A stretch of DNA of 17,676 bases, from assembly GCA_964247135.1 (NCBI GenBank), contig CAXTTL010000086.1, positions 1-17,676 of the forward strand, in the 5' to 3' direction. The notes under the pieces were generated by a model that had not been told where the DNA came from, searched no databases, and worked only from the letters and a program-made list of their open reading frames with translations. How positions within the stretch are numbered: position 1 is the stretch's first letter; every line of letters starts with the position of its first letter. The DNA is from an uncultured Deinococcales bacterium (GTDB lineage Bacteria; Deinococcota; Deinococci; Deinococcales; JAAFIG01). The position numbers and the translations under genes are program-made. Below are positions 1 to 7,713 of this stretch, piece by piece.

Positions 1-88
1 CTTGATTCGTTGTTCAGGATCAATTGGATTTGTTTTCATTTCAAATTTTCCTGCAATGTTTTCAAAACCCCTAAACTCGAGCATCAAC

Positions 89-988
89 TTACGACAAAAC
101 CTTCCAAACCAAAACATTCTCGAGAATCTCTTGCCACACCAATTCTCGTTCCTCGAGTTCCACCAAATGCGCTAACACTGCGGTTTGATTTAAGACGTAG
201 CTCGAGAGAGAGGTCATGGAAATCTGGAAGGTCGCGCAAACTCGAGCGAGAATTTCTGGGAGGGTGCTGGGGTGTTGGCAGGCAGCAAAAACCGCGCGAT
301 TGGCGCGTTCAATCGCCTCAAGATTGGCGTTGCAAATCCCATTAACGTCCGTGGTCGGCTCGCCGTGTCCTGGAAGTAAAACCCGAGCTTCAACTTCTCG
401 AATCACGTTCACACTTTCGCGTTGTCGGGCAATATCCACTGCGAATTGCAAGGGATGTTTCTCGAGGGTCGGAAGTCCAAAAACGGCATCGCTGGCAAAG
501 AGTACATGACCAAATTTGACGGCGAACATTTGCGCGGCATGACCGCCAACGTCAATCAATTCTAGCTCGAGGTCGCAAATGGTCTTAAACCCTGGTTCGT
601 TGAGAATTTTTGTGCCGCTTGGACTGCCCATCAACCATTTGTTCTGCAAACTTTTGGGCGGACGCACGCCGCCGTACAGGTACATCGGCTCGAGGATCGG
701 GTATTTGATGATCGCCTCCTCGAAAATTGGGGCGTAGGCGGGAATGCCGCAAATTTCTTGCAGGTAAGCATTCCCGCCGTAATGGTCGGCGTGTGAATGG
801 GTGTTCAGAATCGCTCGAGGCTCGAGATTCTTGGCGCGGCAGGCTTTCAAGATTTTTTTGGCGTGGTCTTTGTCCGAACCCGAATCGATCAACAATGCGC
901 CGTCGGGCGTCTCGAGCACGCCAACATTCACCGCGCCTGGAAAGTAAAAGGTTTTTGGTGCGAGTTCAATTAAGTCAAGCTGGCTCAT
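89..988 (-). CDS. MBL-fold metallo-hydrolase
   Basis: THSHADH (HxHxDH) motif, GGHA, SDA and PGHG metal-ligand motifs. Start moved from 1021 to ATG 988, which lies 7 nt downstream of a TAATCT -10 box (leaderless pattern). Confidence 0.88.
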   Translation of the reverse strand: MSQLDLIELAPKTFYFPGAVNVGVLETPDGALLIDSGSDKDHAKKILKACRAKNLEPRAILNTHSHADHYGGNAYLQEICGIPAYAPIFEEAIIKYPILEPMYLYGGVRPPKSLQNKWLMGSPSGTKILNEPGFKTICDLELELIDVGGHAAQMFAVKFGHVLFASDAVFGLPTLEKHPLQFAVDIARQRESVNVIREVEARVLLPGHGEPTTDVNGICNANLEAIERANRAVFAACQHPSTLPEILARVCATFQISMTSLSSYVLNQTAVLAHLVELEERELVWQEILENVLVWKVLS

Positions 989-995
989 GAGGTTC

Positions 996-1035
996 AGATT
1001 ACCGTGACTTGAGTTTGGCATGTTCCTGATAGGCT
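996..1035. promoter_or_regulatory. Divergent pair of -10 boxes for leaderless genes
   Basis: TAATCT (minus, 1001-996) 7 nt before ATG 988 and TAGGCT (plus, 1030-1035) 6 nt before ATG 1042. Neither gene has a Shine-Dalgarno. Confidence 0.6.
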
Positions 1036-1041
1036 GTAGCC

Positions 1042-1821
1042 ATGAGCATAGAAGGTTCGGGCGGAAGACATGTGATCGTCACTGGCGCGAGCAGTGGCAT
1101 TGGCGAGGCGACGGCACGGCTTTTGGTGGCGAATGGTTGTCGGGTAACACTTGCGGCGCGGCGGGCGGACAAGCTCGAGGCGTTGGCGGCAGAGATCAAT
1201 CCTTCCGGTAAGCGCGTGACGATTGCGCCGACCGATGTCAACAAACCTGGCGACCTCGAGCGCTTGGTCGAACGGGCGAACGCAATTTTTGGTCGAATCG
1301 ATGCTGTGGTGAACAACGCGGGCGTTGACAACGGGGCGAAACACTGGTGGACCTTGCCGCCCGAAAAATCGGTGTTGACCTTGCAAACCAATTTAATTGC
1401 GCTGGTCGAGTTGACGCGTTTGGTCTTGCCGCAAATGCTCGAGCACAAAGCGGGCAGCATCATCAATGTTGGGTCGGTGGCGGGGCATATTGGAACCTCG
1501 AGTTTGTATTCTGCCAGCAAGTTTGGGGTGCGCGGTTTTTCGCTGAGCCTACGGCGCGAACTGGCTGGGACTGGCGTGCATGTGTCGTTGGTGTCACCCG
1601 GGTTTATTCGCACGCCATTGACCGAGACCGGCAGACCTGTGCCGATGCCTGGACCCGAAATCGTGGCGAAAGCGATTCAAAACTTGCTCGATCATCCTCG
1701 AGCGGAAACGGTGGTGCCTGGTTGGTATCGCTTGCTGATTTTTCTCGAGAATGCCTTCCCAATGATCGGTGATCGGGTGGTCAAACAGATTCGGGCTTCA
1801 AAAGTTGGCGAAAAGCTTTAG
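1042..1821 (+). CDS. SDR family NAD(P)-dependent oxidoreductase
   Basis: TGASSGIG Rossmann motif, NNAG, catalytic YSASK, PGFIRT. Confidence 0.93.
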   Translation: MSIEGSGGRHVIVTGASSGIGEATARLLVANGCRVTLAARRADKLEALAAEINPSGKRVTIAPTDVNKPGDLERLVERANAIFGRIDAVVNNAGVDNGAKHWWTLPPEKSVLTLQTNLIALVELTRLVLPQMLEHKAGSIINVGSVAGHIGTSSLYSASKFGVRGFSLSLRRELAGTGVHVSLVSPGFIRTPLTETGRPVPMPGPEIVAKAIQNLLDHPRAETVVPGWYRLLIFLENAFPMIGDRVVKQIRASKVGEKL

Positions 1822-2051
1822 TTGCTGTCTGCAACGAATTTTCAATTCGCAATGTCAGCAATTTGCAAGCTCGCTTTTGTAATGAGCACTTCCTAAGATT
1901 TTTTCTGCCTTGATCCAATTTCGACATTCTTTTCAGGCTTTGAACAGAACTCATAAATTGTCTTTTTAGCGTCCAGTACAGTATCGGCAACAATTTATCC
2001 TCACTGGCTCGAGTTTATTCAACCTTATACAAGATAAACGTCGTGTACCAC

Positions 2052-2081
2052 TTGTTAAAATCGAAAAACCTATGTTATACT
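2052..2081 (+). promoter_or_regulatory. Sigma70-type promoter of the HU gene
   Basis: TTGTTA (2052-2057), 18 bp spacer, extended -10 TGnTATACT (2073-2081). Confidence 0.55.
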
Positions 2082-2188
2082 TCGTCTCGAGCGCAGTTTG
2101 AGCAACAGGAGTAAGCCGATATGGTTTGTAGAACGTGTTCGTTGACTCCCTAAAATCAAAATCTGGCGCAACCCTTGGAGGAATTATC

Positions 2189-2482
2189 ATGGCAAAGAAA
2201 AAGACCCTCACCAAATCGGATTTGATTGACGTTCTCGCCGAAAAAAACCAAGCCAAAAAGAAAGACATGAAAGCTTTCATGGACTCTTTCGTCGCCGAAG
2301 TCGCCAGCGCCCTCGATAAGGGCAACAAAGTCCAAATCACTGGCTTTGGCACATTCGAGGTTCGCAGCCGCAAAGCCCGTACCGGCGTGCGCCCTGGCAC
2401 GACCACCAAAATCAAGATTCCTGCCAGCAAATACCCAGCCTTCAAACCAGGCAAAGCTTTAAAAGATCAAGTCAAGAAGTAA
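2189..2482 (+). CDS. hup: DNA-binding protein HU
   Basis: GFGTFEVRSRKARTGVRPGT...PAFKPGKALK HU signature. GGAGGA Shine-Dalgarno before ATG 2189 (the ORF-track start at 2135 is too long). Confidence 0.96.
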   Translation: MAKKKTLTKSDLIDVLAEKNQAKKKDMKAFMDSFVAEVASALDKGNKVQITGFGTFEVRSRKARTGVRPGTTTKIKIPASKYPAFKPGKALKDQVKK

Positions 2483-2496
2483 GCTCTAAACTTTAG

Positions 2497-2534
2497 AATC
2501 TCGAGGGTCAAACGCTGACCTTTGAGATTTTTTT
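2497..2534 (+). terminator. Intrinsic terminator of hup
   Basis: AATCTCGAGGGTCA pairs with TGACCTTTGAGATT (two G-U pairs), 5-nt loop, followed by a T-tract. Confidence 0.85.
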
Positions 2535-2544
2535 ATACCCCGAG

Positions 2545-3003
2545 TCACCAACTTTTTGCGTTCGTGTTGGCGTTCGGGAGCGCCTGAATCAAGCGATCCA
2601 ATTGCTCGGAAGTGGGTTCAAACAATGCCGAAAAACTCCAGGTTTTGGCATTTGGGTTGACCTTTAAGGATTTGACATCCAATCGAACGTTCGCCGCCGC
2701 CGAGCTTGATTGAAGGCGCACTATCCGCATTTGCATTCCGTCCGTCACCAAATGAATCGCGCTGGGTTTCCAATTTTTGGTCTGAGACTCGAGAATCTCG
2801 AACAAACCCCTGACCACCCACAAACGCCCCGTACCAACCAGGCTCTCGAGGTCTTGGGGCAGTTTTCGTCGTTGCGCGGCGCTGCCCAAACGGATCGGCG
2901 CGAGTTCTGAGCTTCGACGGTCTTTAAAAATTTCGGTGATTCGTCCTGAAAGCACACGAATCGAGGTGTCATCGCCCACGATCTTTGCTTGCGTCAGCTC
3001 CAT
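2545..3003 (-). CDS. Hypothetical protein (152 aa)
   Basis: Clean ORF convergent with hup. TAAACT -10 box 6 nt upstream of the ATG (leaderless pattern). No motif recognised. Confidence 0.7.
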   Translation of the reverse strand: MELTQAKIVGDDTSIRVLSGRITEIFKDRRSSELAPIRLGSAAQRRKLPQDLESLVGTGRLWVVRGLFEILESQTKNWKPSAIHLVTDGMQMRIVRLQSSSAAANVRLDVKSLKVNPNAKTWSFSALFEPTSEQLDRLIQALPNANTNAKSW

Positions 3004-3100
3004 GACACGAGTTTAACAAACCATGAGGCATTTGAACAAGTTTTTATTTCACATCGTGGTAATTCACTTTGAATTTCTCAAGTGACTCGAGCCGCACATG

Positions 3101-3128
3101 AAAAACGCCGCCTCCAGTTGAGGCGGCG
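3101..3128 (-). terminator. Intrinsic terminator of the small membrane protein gene
   Basis: CGCCGCCTC/GAGGCGGCG 9-bp stem, 5-nt loop, followed on the minus strand by TTTTT. Confidence 0.8.
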
Positions 3129-3147
3129 CTCGAGTCTCAAAGGCTGT

Positions 3148-3405
3148 TTAAGCGTCTTCTTTGATGACGCCAACTTGCTTCAAACCCCAAACCGCAGCAC
3201 CCGCCCCGGCGACCACCAAAGCAATTTGACCGATCAAGACCAAAATTGCACTCAGCAACCCGCTCAAGAGGGCGTTAGCCAAGACTCCAGCCACGCCACC
3301 AACCACACCTGCAACACCTAAATTCTGAGGCTTGCTGAGTTTGAGCTGAAACGCAAGAGCCACACCGACCGCCGCACCGATCACCAAAGCCAACCATGTC
3401 ACCAT
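3148..3405 (-). CDS. Small Gly/Ala-rich membrane protein, possibly GlsB/YeaQ/YmgE (transglycosylase-associated) family
   Basis: 85 aa with three hydrophobic GxxxG-rich segments. AGGAGG 8 nt before ATG 3405. Family call is by general resemblance only. Confidence 0.7.
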   Translation of the reverse strand: MVTWLALVIGAAVGVALAFQLKLSKPQNLGVAGVVGGVAGVLANALLSGLLSAILVLIGQIALVVAGAGAAVWGLKQVGVIKEDA

Positions 3406-3505
3406 AATCAATACCTCCTGAATACAGTATGCGCTGTCACCCCTAAAAGTTCCAAGTGTCAGTTTCCTCGAGAATCACAACGCAATCACAATGCCTGTTT
3501 TCGAC

Positions 3506-3534
3506 TTGCGCCCAAGCCCATTCTCCTGTATATT
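3506..3534 (+). promoter_or_regulatory. str operon promoter
   Basis: TTGCGC (3506-3511), 17 bp spacer, TATATT (3529-3534), implying a ~148 nt 5' leader before rpsL. Confidence 0.65.
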
Positions 3535-3688
3535 ACCGAGGTTTCTCAACCCGTGGTGATTGGGTTGGGGTTGGCGCGACAAACGCCTTTGATGCGAAAG
3601 GAAGCCGTGACCAACAAGTGGGAACCACGCAAAAAGCGTGAAACCCCAAGCTCGAGAGTCGCACTTGAGCCATCACTAAGGAGAGTTC

Positions 3689-4096
3689 ATGCCTACAGTT
3701 CAGCAGTTGCTTCGCAAAGGTCGCCGCGTTTTGGTGAAAAAGTCCAAAGTACCGGCGCTCAAAGGCTCGCCACAACGTCGTGGTGTTTGCACGGTCGTCA
3801 AGACCACCACGCCCAAAAAGCCAAACTCGGCACTTCGTAAAATTGCGCGTGTTCGTCTCTCGCACGGTATGGAAGTCACGGCTTACATCATGGGCGAAGG
3901 TCACAACCTTCAAGAGCACAGCGTGGTCTTGATTCGCGGCGGTCGTGTCAAAGACCTTCCAGGTGTGCGCTACCACATTGTTCGTGGTGTGCTCGACACC
4001 CAGGGCGTCAAAGACCGTAACAAGAGCCGTAGCAAATACGGAACCAAAAAGGCGAAAGCCGGAGCGAAGGGCGCAGCGCCCGCCAAGAAGAAGTAA
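3689..4096 (+). CDS. rpsL: 30S ribosomal protein S12
   Basis: [33 protein letters not shown] motifs. AAGGAG Shine-Dalgarno. Confidence 0.99.
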   Translation: MPTVQQLLRKGRRVLVKKSKVPALKGSPQRRGVCTVVKTTTPKKPNSALRKIARVRLSHGMEVTAYIMGEGHNLQEHSVVLIRGGRVKDLPGVRYHIVRGVLDTQGVKDRNKSRSKYGTKKAKAGAKGAAPAKKK

Positions 4097-4107
4097 GGGT
4101 GATCTGA

Positions 4108-4578
4108 ATGTCTCGTCGTCGTCAAGCTGAAATCCGTCCGGTTCAACCCGATCTCGTTTATAGCGATGTTGTGGTTTCCGCCCTCATCAACCGAATCATG
4201 GTGGACGGCAAGAAAAACCTTGCCAGCCGCATTTTTTACGGTGCTTGCAAAGTCATTCAAGACAAAAGCGGCAATGAACCGCTGAAAGTCTTCAAGACTG
4301 CCTTTGACAACATCAAACCCCGCGTCGAAGTCCGTTCACGCCGCGTCGGTGGTAGCACCTACCAAGTGCCCGTCGATGTTTCGGCACGTCGTCAACAAAG
4401 CGTTGCGCTTCGTTGGTTGGTCTCTGCCGCCAACAGCCGCCCAGAGCGCACCGCCGTCGAGCGCCTCGCCAACGAAATCCTGGATGCAAGTCAGGGTCGT
4501 GGCGGCGCGATCAAGAAAAAAGATGACGTGGAACGCATGGCAGAAGCCAACCGCGCCTACGCACATTACCGCTGGTAA
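4108..4578 (+). CDS. rpsG: 30S ribosomal protein S7
   Basis: MSRRR start, EVRSRRVGGSTYQVP, MAEANRAYAHYRW C-terminus. Follows rpsL. Confidence 0.99.
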   Translation: MSRRRQAEIRPVQPDLVYSDVVVSALINRIMVDGKKNLASRIFYGACKVIQDKSGNEPLKVFKTAFDNIKPRVEVRSRRVGGSTYQVPVDVSARRQQSVALRWLVSAANSRPERTAVERLANEILDASQGRGGAIKKKDDVERMAEANRAYAHYRW

Positions 4579-4582
4579 CGAA

Positions 4583-4650
4583 AGCAATTAGCTATTGGCA
4601 ATTAGCGATTAGCTTAAGCTGTTAAAGCTCTGAGCTGGTCGCTAAACGCT
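4583..4650 (+). repeat. Heptamer-period repeat folding into an RNA hairpin in the rpsG-fusA spacer
   Basis: AGCAATT AGCTATT GGCAATT AGCGATT AGC..., then mirror units GCTCTGA GCTGGTC GCTAAAC GCT. 4604-4616 pairs with 4631-4643 using G-U pairs. Confidence 0.6.
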
Positions 4651-4697
4651 GAAATTCTCGAGCAAGCCAAATCAGGCTCGAGAGGAGGTGAACGCCC

Positions 4698-4784
4698 GTG
4701 AATCAAGTGTCAGAAGAACCATCACACAGCAAGTTAGATTTTGAGCGTTTTCTCTCGAGTACAAGAATTCTTTTTAGTCTCTGA
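4698..4784 (+). CDS. Putative 28-aa small ORF/leader peptide upstream of fusA
   Basis: AGGAGGTGA (4683-4691) followed by GTG at 4698. Reads [28 protein letters not shown]. Its TGA overlaps the fusA Shine-Dalgarno. Confidence 0.4.
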   Translation: MNQVSEEPSHSKLDFERFLSSTRILFSL

Positions 4785-4791
4785 GGTTTTT

Positions 4792-6882
4792 ATGGCGAAA
4801 GTGGATACCAGCAACTACCTGAACATCACCCGAAACATCGGCATCGCGGCACACATTGACGCGGGTAAAACAACCACCACAGAACGCATCTTGTATTACA
4901 CCGGACGCGTCCACAAAATTGGTGAAGTCCACGAAGGCGCCGCCACGATGGACTGGATGGAACAAGAACGCGAGCGCGGCATTACGATTACCGCCGCCGC
5001 CACCACTGCTGTTTGGGCGAAAGATGGCATCGACTGGACGGTCAACATCATTGACACCCCAGGTCACGTCGATTTCACGATTGAGGTCGAACGCTCGATG
5101 CGCGTTCTCGACGGCGCGGTTGCCGTGTTCGACGCCAGCCAGGGCGTAGAACCACAGTCCGAGACCGTCTGGCGTCAAGCCGACAAGTATCGCGTGCCCC
5201 GCATTGCGTTTGCCAACAAAATGGACAAGACCGGCGCCGATTTTAGCCTGGTGGTCAACGACATTAAAGAACGCCTCGGTGCAAAACCAGCCCCGATTCA
5301 AATGCCAATGGGCGCAGAAGATCAATTTATCGGCATTATCGACTTGATCAAAATGCAAGCCCACTTCTTTACCAACGACCTTGGTACGGACATTCGCATT
5401 GCCGAAATTCCAGCCGAATACCTCGAGAAAGCCAAAGCCGCCCGTGCGGAATTGGTCGAAGTCGCCGCCGACGCCAGCGAATCGGTCATGATGAAGTACC
5501 TCGAGGGTGAAGAGGTTGACAACGCCGAACTGGTCGAAGCGCTTCGCGTCGGCACGGTCAACCAAATCATGTTCCCAGTGCTTTGCGGCTCGAGCCTCAA
5601 GAATAAGGGCGTGCAATTGCTGCTCGACGCCGTGATCGATTACCTGCCAAGCCCACTCGAGATTCCTGCCATTCGCGGTATCGACGAGGCGGGCGAGGAA
5701 GTCGAACGTCCAGCCGATCCAAAAGGTCCACTGGCGGCACTCGCGTTCAAGATCATGACCGACCCTTACGTTGGTCGTTTGACCTTCGTTCGGATTTACT
5801 CTGGAACACTCCTCAGCGGTTCATACGTCTTTAACTCGAGCAAAGAGAAGAAAGAACGCGTCGGTCGCTTGCTGAAAATGCACGCCAACCACCGCGAAGA
5901 AGTGCCATTCTTGCGTGCTGGTGATTTGGGCGCAGTCGTGGGCATCCGCGACGCTGGTACGGGCGACACCCTGATCGGTGACAACGACCCAGTGGTGGTG
6001 CTCGAGAGCATCGAAATTCCTGACCCCGTGATTTCGTTGGCAGTCGAACCGAAAACCAAAGCCGACCAGGACAAACTCGGTTTGGGGCTTTCCAAACTTG
6101 CCGAAGAAGACCCGACCTTCCGCGTCAAAACCGACCAGGAAACCGGTCAGACGATTATTTCGGGCATGGGTGAGCTGCACCTCGAGATTCTGGTAGACCG
6201 TCTGCGCCGCGAGTTTAAAGTCGAAAGCACCGTTGGCGACCCACAAGTCGCTTACCGCGAAACCATCACCCGCAAGGTCGATGTCGAAGGCAAATTCGTG
6301 CGTCAATCTGGTGGTCGTGGTCAATTCGGTCACGTCAAAATCACTGCCGAACCGATGGAGCGCGGAAACGGTTTCACGTTCGTCAACGGCGTGGTCGGCG
6401 GCGAAGTGCCAAAAGAATTTATTCCTGCCGCCCAAAAGGGCATGGAAGAAAGCCTCGGCAGCGGACCATTGATTGGATTCCCAGTCGTGGACATGAAAGT
6501 CACCATGACCGGCGGCAGTTACCACGATGTGGACTCCTCGGAAATGGCGTTCAAGATTGCAGGCAGCATGGCAATCAAAGAAGCCATCCAAAAAGGTGCT
6601 CCAGCGATTCTCGAGCCGATCATGCGCGTTGAGGTTGTGACCCCAGAAGATTACATGGGTTCGATCATCGGTGACCTCAATGGTCGTCGCGGTCAAATTC
6701 AGGGCATGGATGAGCGCGGTAACGCCCGTATCGTCAAAGCCCACGTGCCACTTTCGGAAATGTTCGGGTACGCCACCGACATGCGCAGCATGACCCAAGG
6801 GCGTGCGAGTTACAGCATGTTCTTTGACCATTACTCTGAGGTGCCGAAGAACATCATGACCGATTTGATGAAGAACAAGTAA
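4792..6882 (+). CDS. fusA: Elongation factor G
   Basis: AHIDAGKTT (G1), RGITI, DTPGH (G3), NKMD (G4), [22 protein letters not shown] before ATG 4792 (696 aa). Confidence 0.99.
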   Translation: MAKVDTSNYLNITRNIGIAAHIDAGKTTTTERILYYTGRVHKIGEVHEGAATMDWMEQERERGITITAAATTAVWAKDGIDWTVNIIDTPGHVDFTIEVERSMRVLDGAVAVFDASQGVEPQSETVWRQADKYRVPRIAFANKMDKTGADFSLVVNDIKERLGAKPAPIQMPMGAEDQFIGIIDLIKMQAHFFTNDLGTDIRIAEIPAEYLEKAKAARAELVEVAADASESVMMKYLEGEEVDNAELVEALRVGTVNQIMFPVLCGSSLKNKGVQLLLDAVIDYLPSPLEIPAIRGIDEAGEEVERPADPKGPLAALAFKIMTDPYVGRLTFVRIYSGTLLSGSYVFNSSKEKKERVGRLLKMHANHREEVPFLRAGDLGAVVGIRDAGTGDTLIGDNDPVVVLESIEIPDPVISLAVEPKTKADQDKLGLGLSKLAEEDPTFRVKTDQETGQTIISGMGELHLEILVDRLRREFKVESTVGDPQVAYRETITRKVDVEGKFVRQSGGRGQFGHVKITAEPMERGNGFTFVNGVVGGEVPKEFIPAAQKGMEESLGSGPLIGFPVVDMKVTMTGGSYHDVDSSEMAFKIAGSMAIKEAIQKGAPAILEPIMRVEVVTPEDYMGSIIGDLNGRRGQIQGMDERGNARIVKAHVPLSEMFGYATDMRSMTQGRASYSMFFDHYSEVPKNIMTDLMKNK

Positions 6883-6891
6883 GGTAAGAAG

Positions 6892-6946
6892 TTTGAAAGC
6901 TCGAGATTGGGGGATGCCCTGATCTCGAGCTTTTTTGGTTAGACGC
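6892..6946 (+). terminator. Hairpin repeat copy 1, terminator of the str operon
   Basis: AAAGCTCGAGAT-TGGGG-GATG-CCCTG-ATCTCGAGCTTT stem-loop followed by T6, immediately after the fusA stop. Confidence 0.88.
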
Positions 6947-7003
6947 TCGAGTGCTAAATCCCAAAATTTTTCGTTTCAGACATAAAAATTGACAATTGCG
7001 CTA

Positions 7004-7110
7004 CCCTCATCCCCAACCCTTCTCCCAACATCGGGAGAAGGGAGCTTGACGCATTTACACGTGTGGCTCGAGGTTTTTGCCCTTCTGCTGGTTGCGGGAG
7101 AGTGATGGAT
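7004..7110. repeat. BoxC-like extragenic palindromic element with a degenerate inverted partner
   Basis: CCCTCATCCCCAA-CCCTTCTCCC-aacatc-GGGAGAAGGG (7004-7042): pyrimidine tail plus 10-bp stem. Decayed copy CCCTTCT...GCGGGAGAGTGATGGAT at about 7080-7110. Confidence 0.6.
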
Positions 7111-7168
7111 TAACTATTTGCATGTGATATGGGGTTTTTAGGTTTCTCGAGGTACGATTACCGCTAGA

Positions 7169-7212
7169 ACCCAACGCAATATGACCTTTGGAATCAGGAG
7201 GAAAAATCATGA
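7169..7212 (+). pseudogene. 3' remnant of a HigB-type toxin gene
   Basis: ACC CA- ACG CAA TAT GAC CTT TGG ... TCA TGA reads T(H)TQYDLWNQEEKS*, matching the HigB C-terminal THxEYDxW motif. Its stop overlaps the higA ATG (ATGA). Confidence 0.5.
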
Positions 7213-7619
7213 ATGCCGCACAGAACGTTATCAAACACTGGGAGGCATTCCATGCTGTCGCCCAGCCATACTTGACTCCGATTACGAATGAATCCGAGTA
7301 CGACACGGCAGAAGCCCTGCTAGACGAAATTACGGATCGCATGGAAACCCCTGACGACCCACGCTACATCACCTTGTTTCGCGTTCTCGCTGAACGTATC
7401 AAAAACTGGGAAGATGAGTCTGAACCCATTCCAGATTCCAGCCCAGCCGAGTTATTGGCATATTTAATGGAAGAGCATCAACTCAAGCAAACCGATTTGA
7501 GCGAACTGGTAGATCAGAGCACGCTCTCAAAAATTTTGCACGGTGAACGAACCATCAGCAAACGTCTCGCAAAAGCTTTGGGGACACGATTTAATGTGTC
7601 GCCAAGCGTTTTCTTGTAA
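7209..7619 (+). CDS. higA: HigA-type antitoxin/HTH-XRE regulator (orphan)
   Basis: PITNESEYD...LAERIKNWE N-domain plus Cro/C1 HTH (LMEEHQLKQTDL...QSTLSKILHGER...FNVSPSVFL). CAGGAGG before ATG 7209. Confidence 0.85.
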   Translation: MNAAQNVIKHWEAFHAVAQPYLTPITNESEYDTAEALLDEITDRMETPDDPRYITLFRVLAERIKNWEDESEPIPDSSPAELLAYLMEEHQLKQTDLSELVDQSTLSKILHGERTISKRLAKALGTRFNVSPSVFL

Positions 7620-7626
7620 ATCTGAA

Positions 7627-7682
7627 TTTGAAGTCTCGAGGTTGGGGGAAGCCCTGATCTCGAGCTTTTTTGTTATAGACGC
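7627..7682 (+). repeat. Hairpin repeat copy 2 (terminator after the first higA)
   Basis: TTTGAAGTCTCGAGGTTGGGGGAAGCCCTGATCTCGAGCTTTTTTGTTATAGACGC, a close direct repeat of 6892-6946. Confidence 0.88.
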
Positions 7683-7686
7683 AATG

Positions 7687-7713
7687 TTGACAAATGACTT
7701 TTTGTCATGTCAA
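7687..7713 (+). promoter_or_regulatory. Probable higBA promoter/operator inverted repeat
   Basis: Perfect -35 TTGACA inside the nested palindrome TTGAC-aa-ATGAC-TTTTT-GTCAT-GTCAA. The -10 is not a clean match. Confidence 0.6.

Noticed and set aside
1822-1861. Imperfect hairpin after the first SDR (TTGCTG/CAGCAA, CGAATT/AATTCG)
   Set aside because: Interrupted stem with no adjacent T-tract, so it cannot be supported as a terminator or ncRNA.
3657-4656. CTCGAG-free kilobase as foreign DNA
   Set aside because: It covers rpsL/rpsG, core genes that simply lack Leu-Glu dipeptides and are strongly constrained.
4741-4791. 17-aa N-terminal extension of EF-G from TTG 4741
   Set aside because: No SD at 4741. 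The ATG at 4792 has a GAGG and gives the normal EF-G length.
4774-6831. Long antisense ORFs (280 and 336 aa) opposite fusA, and similar ones at 10753-11670 and 13906-14775
   Set aside because: These are shadow frames of real genes caused by codon bias, with no motifs or start signals.
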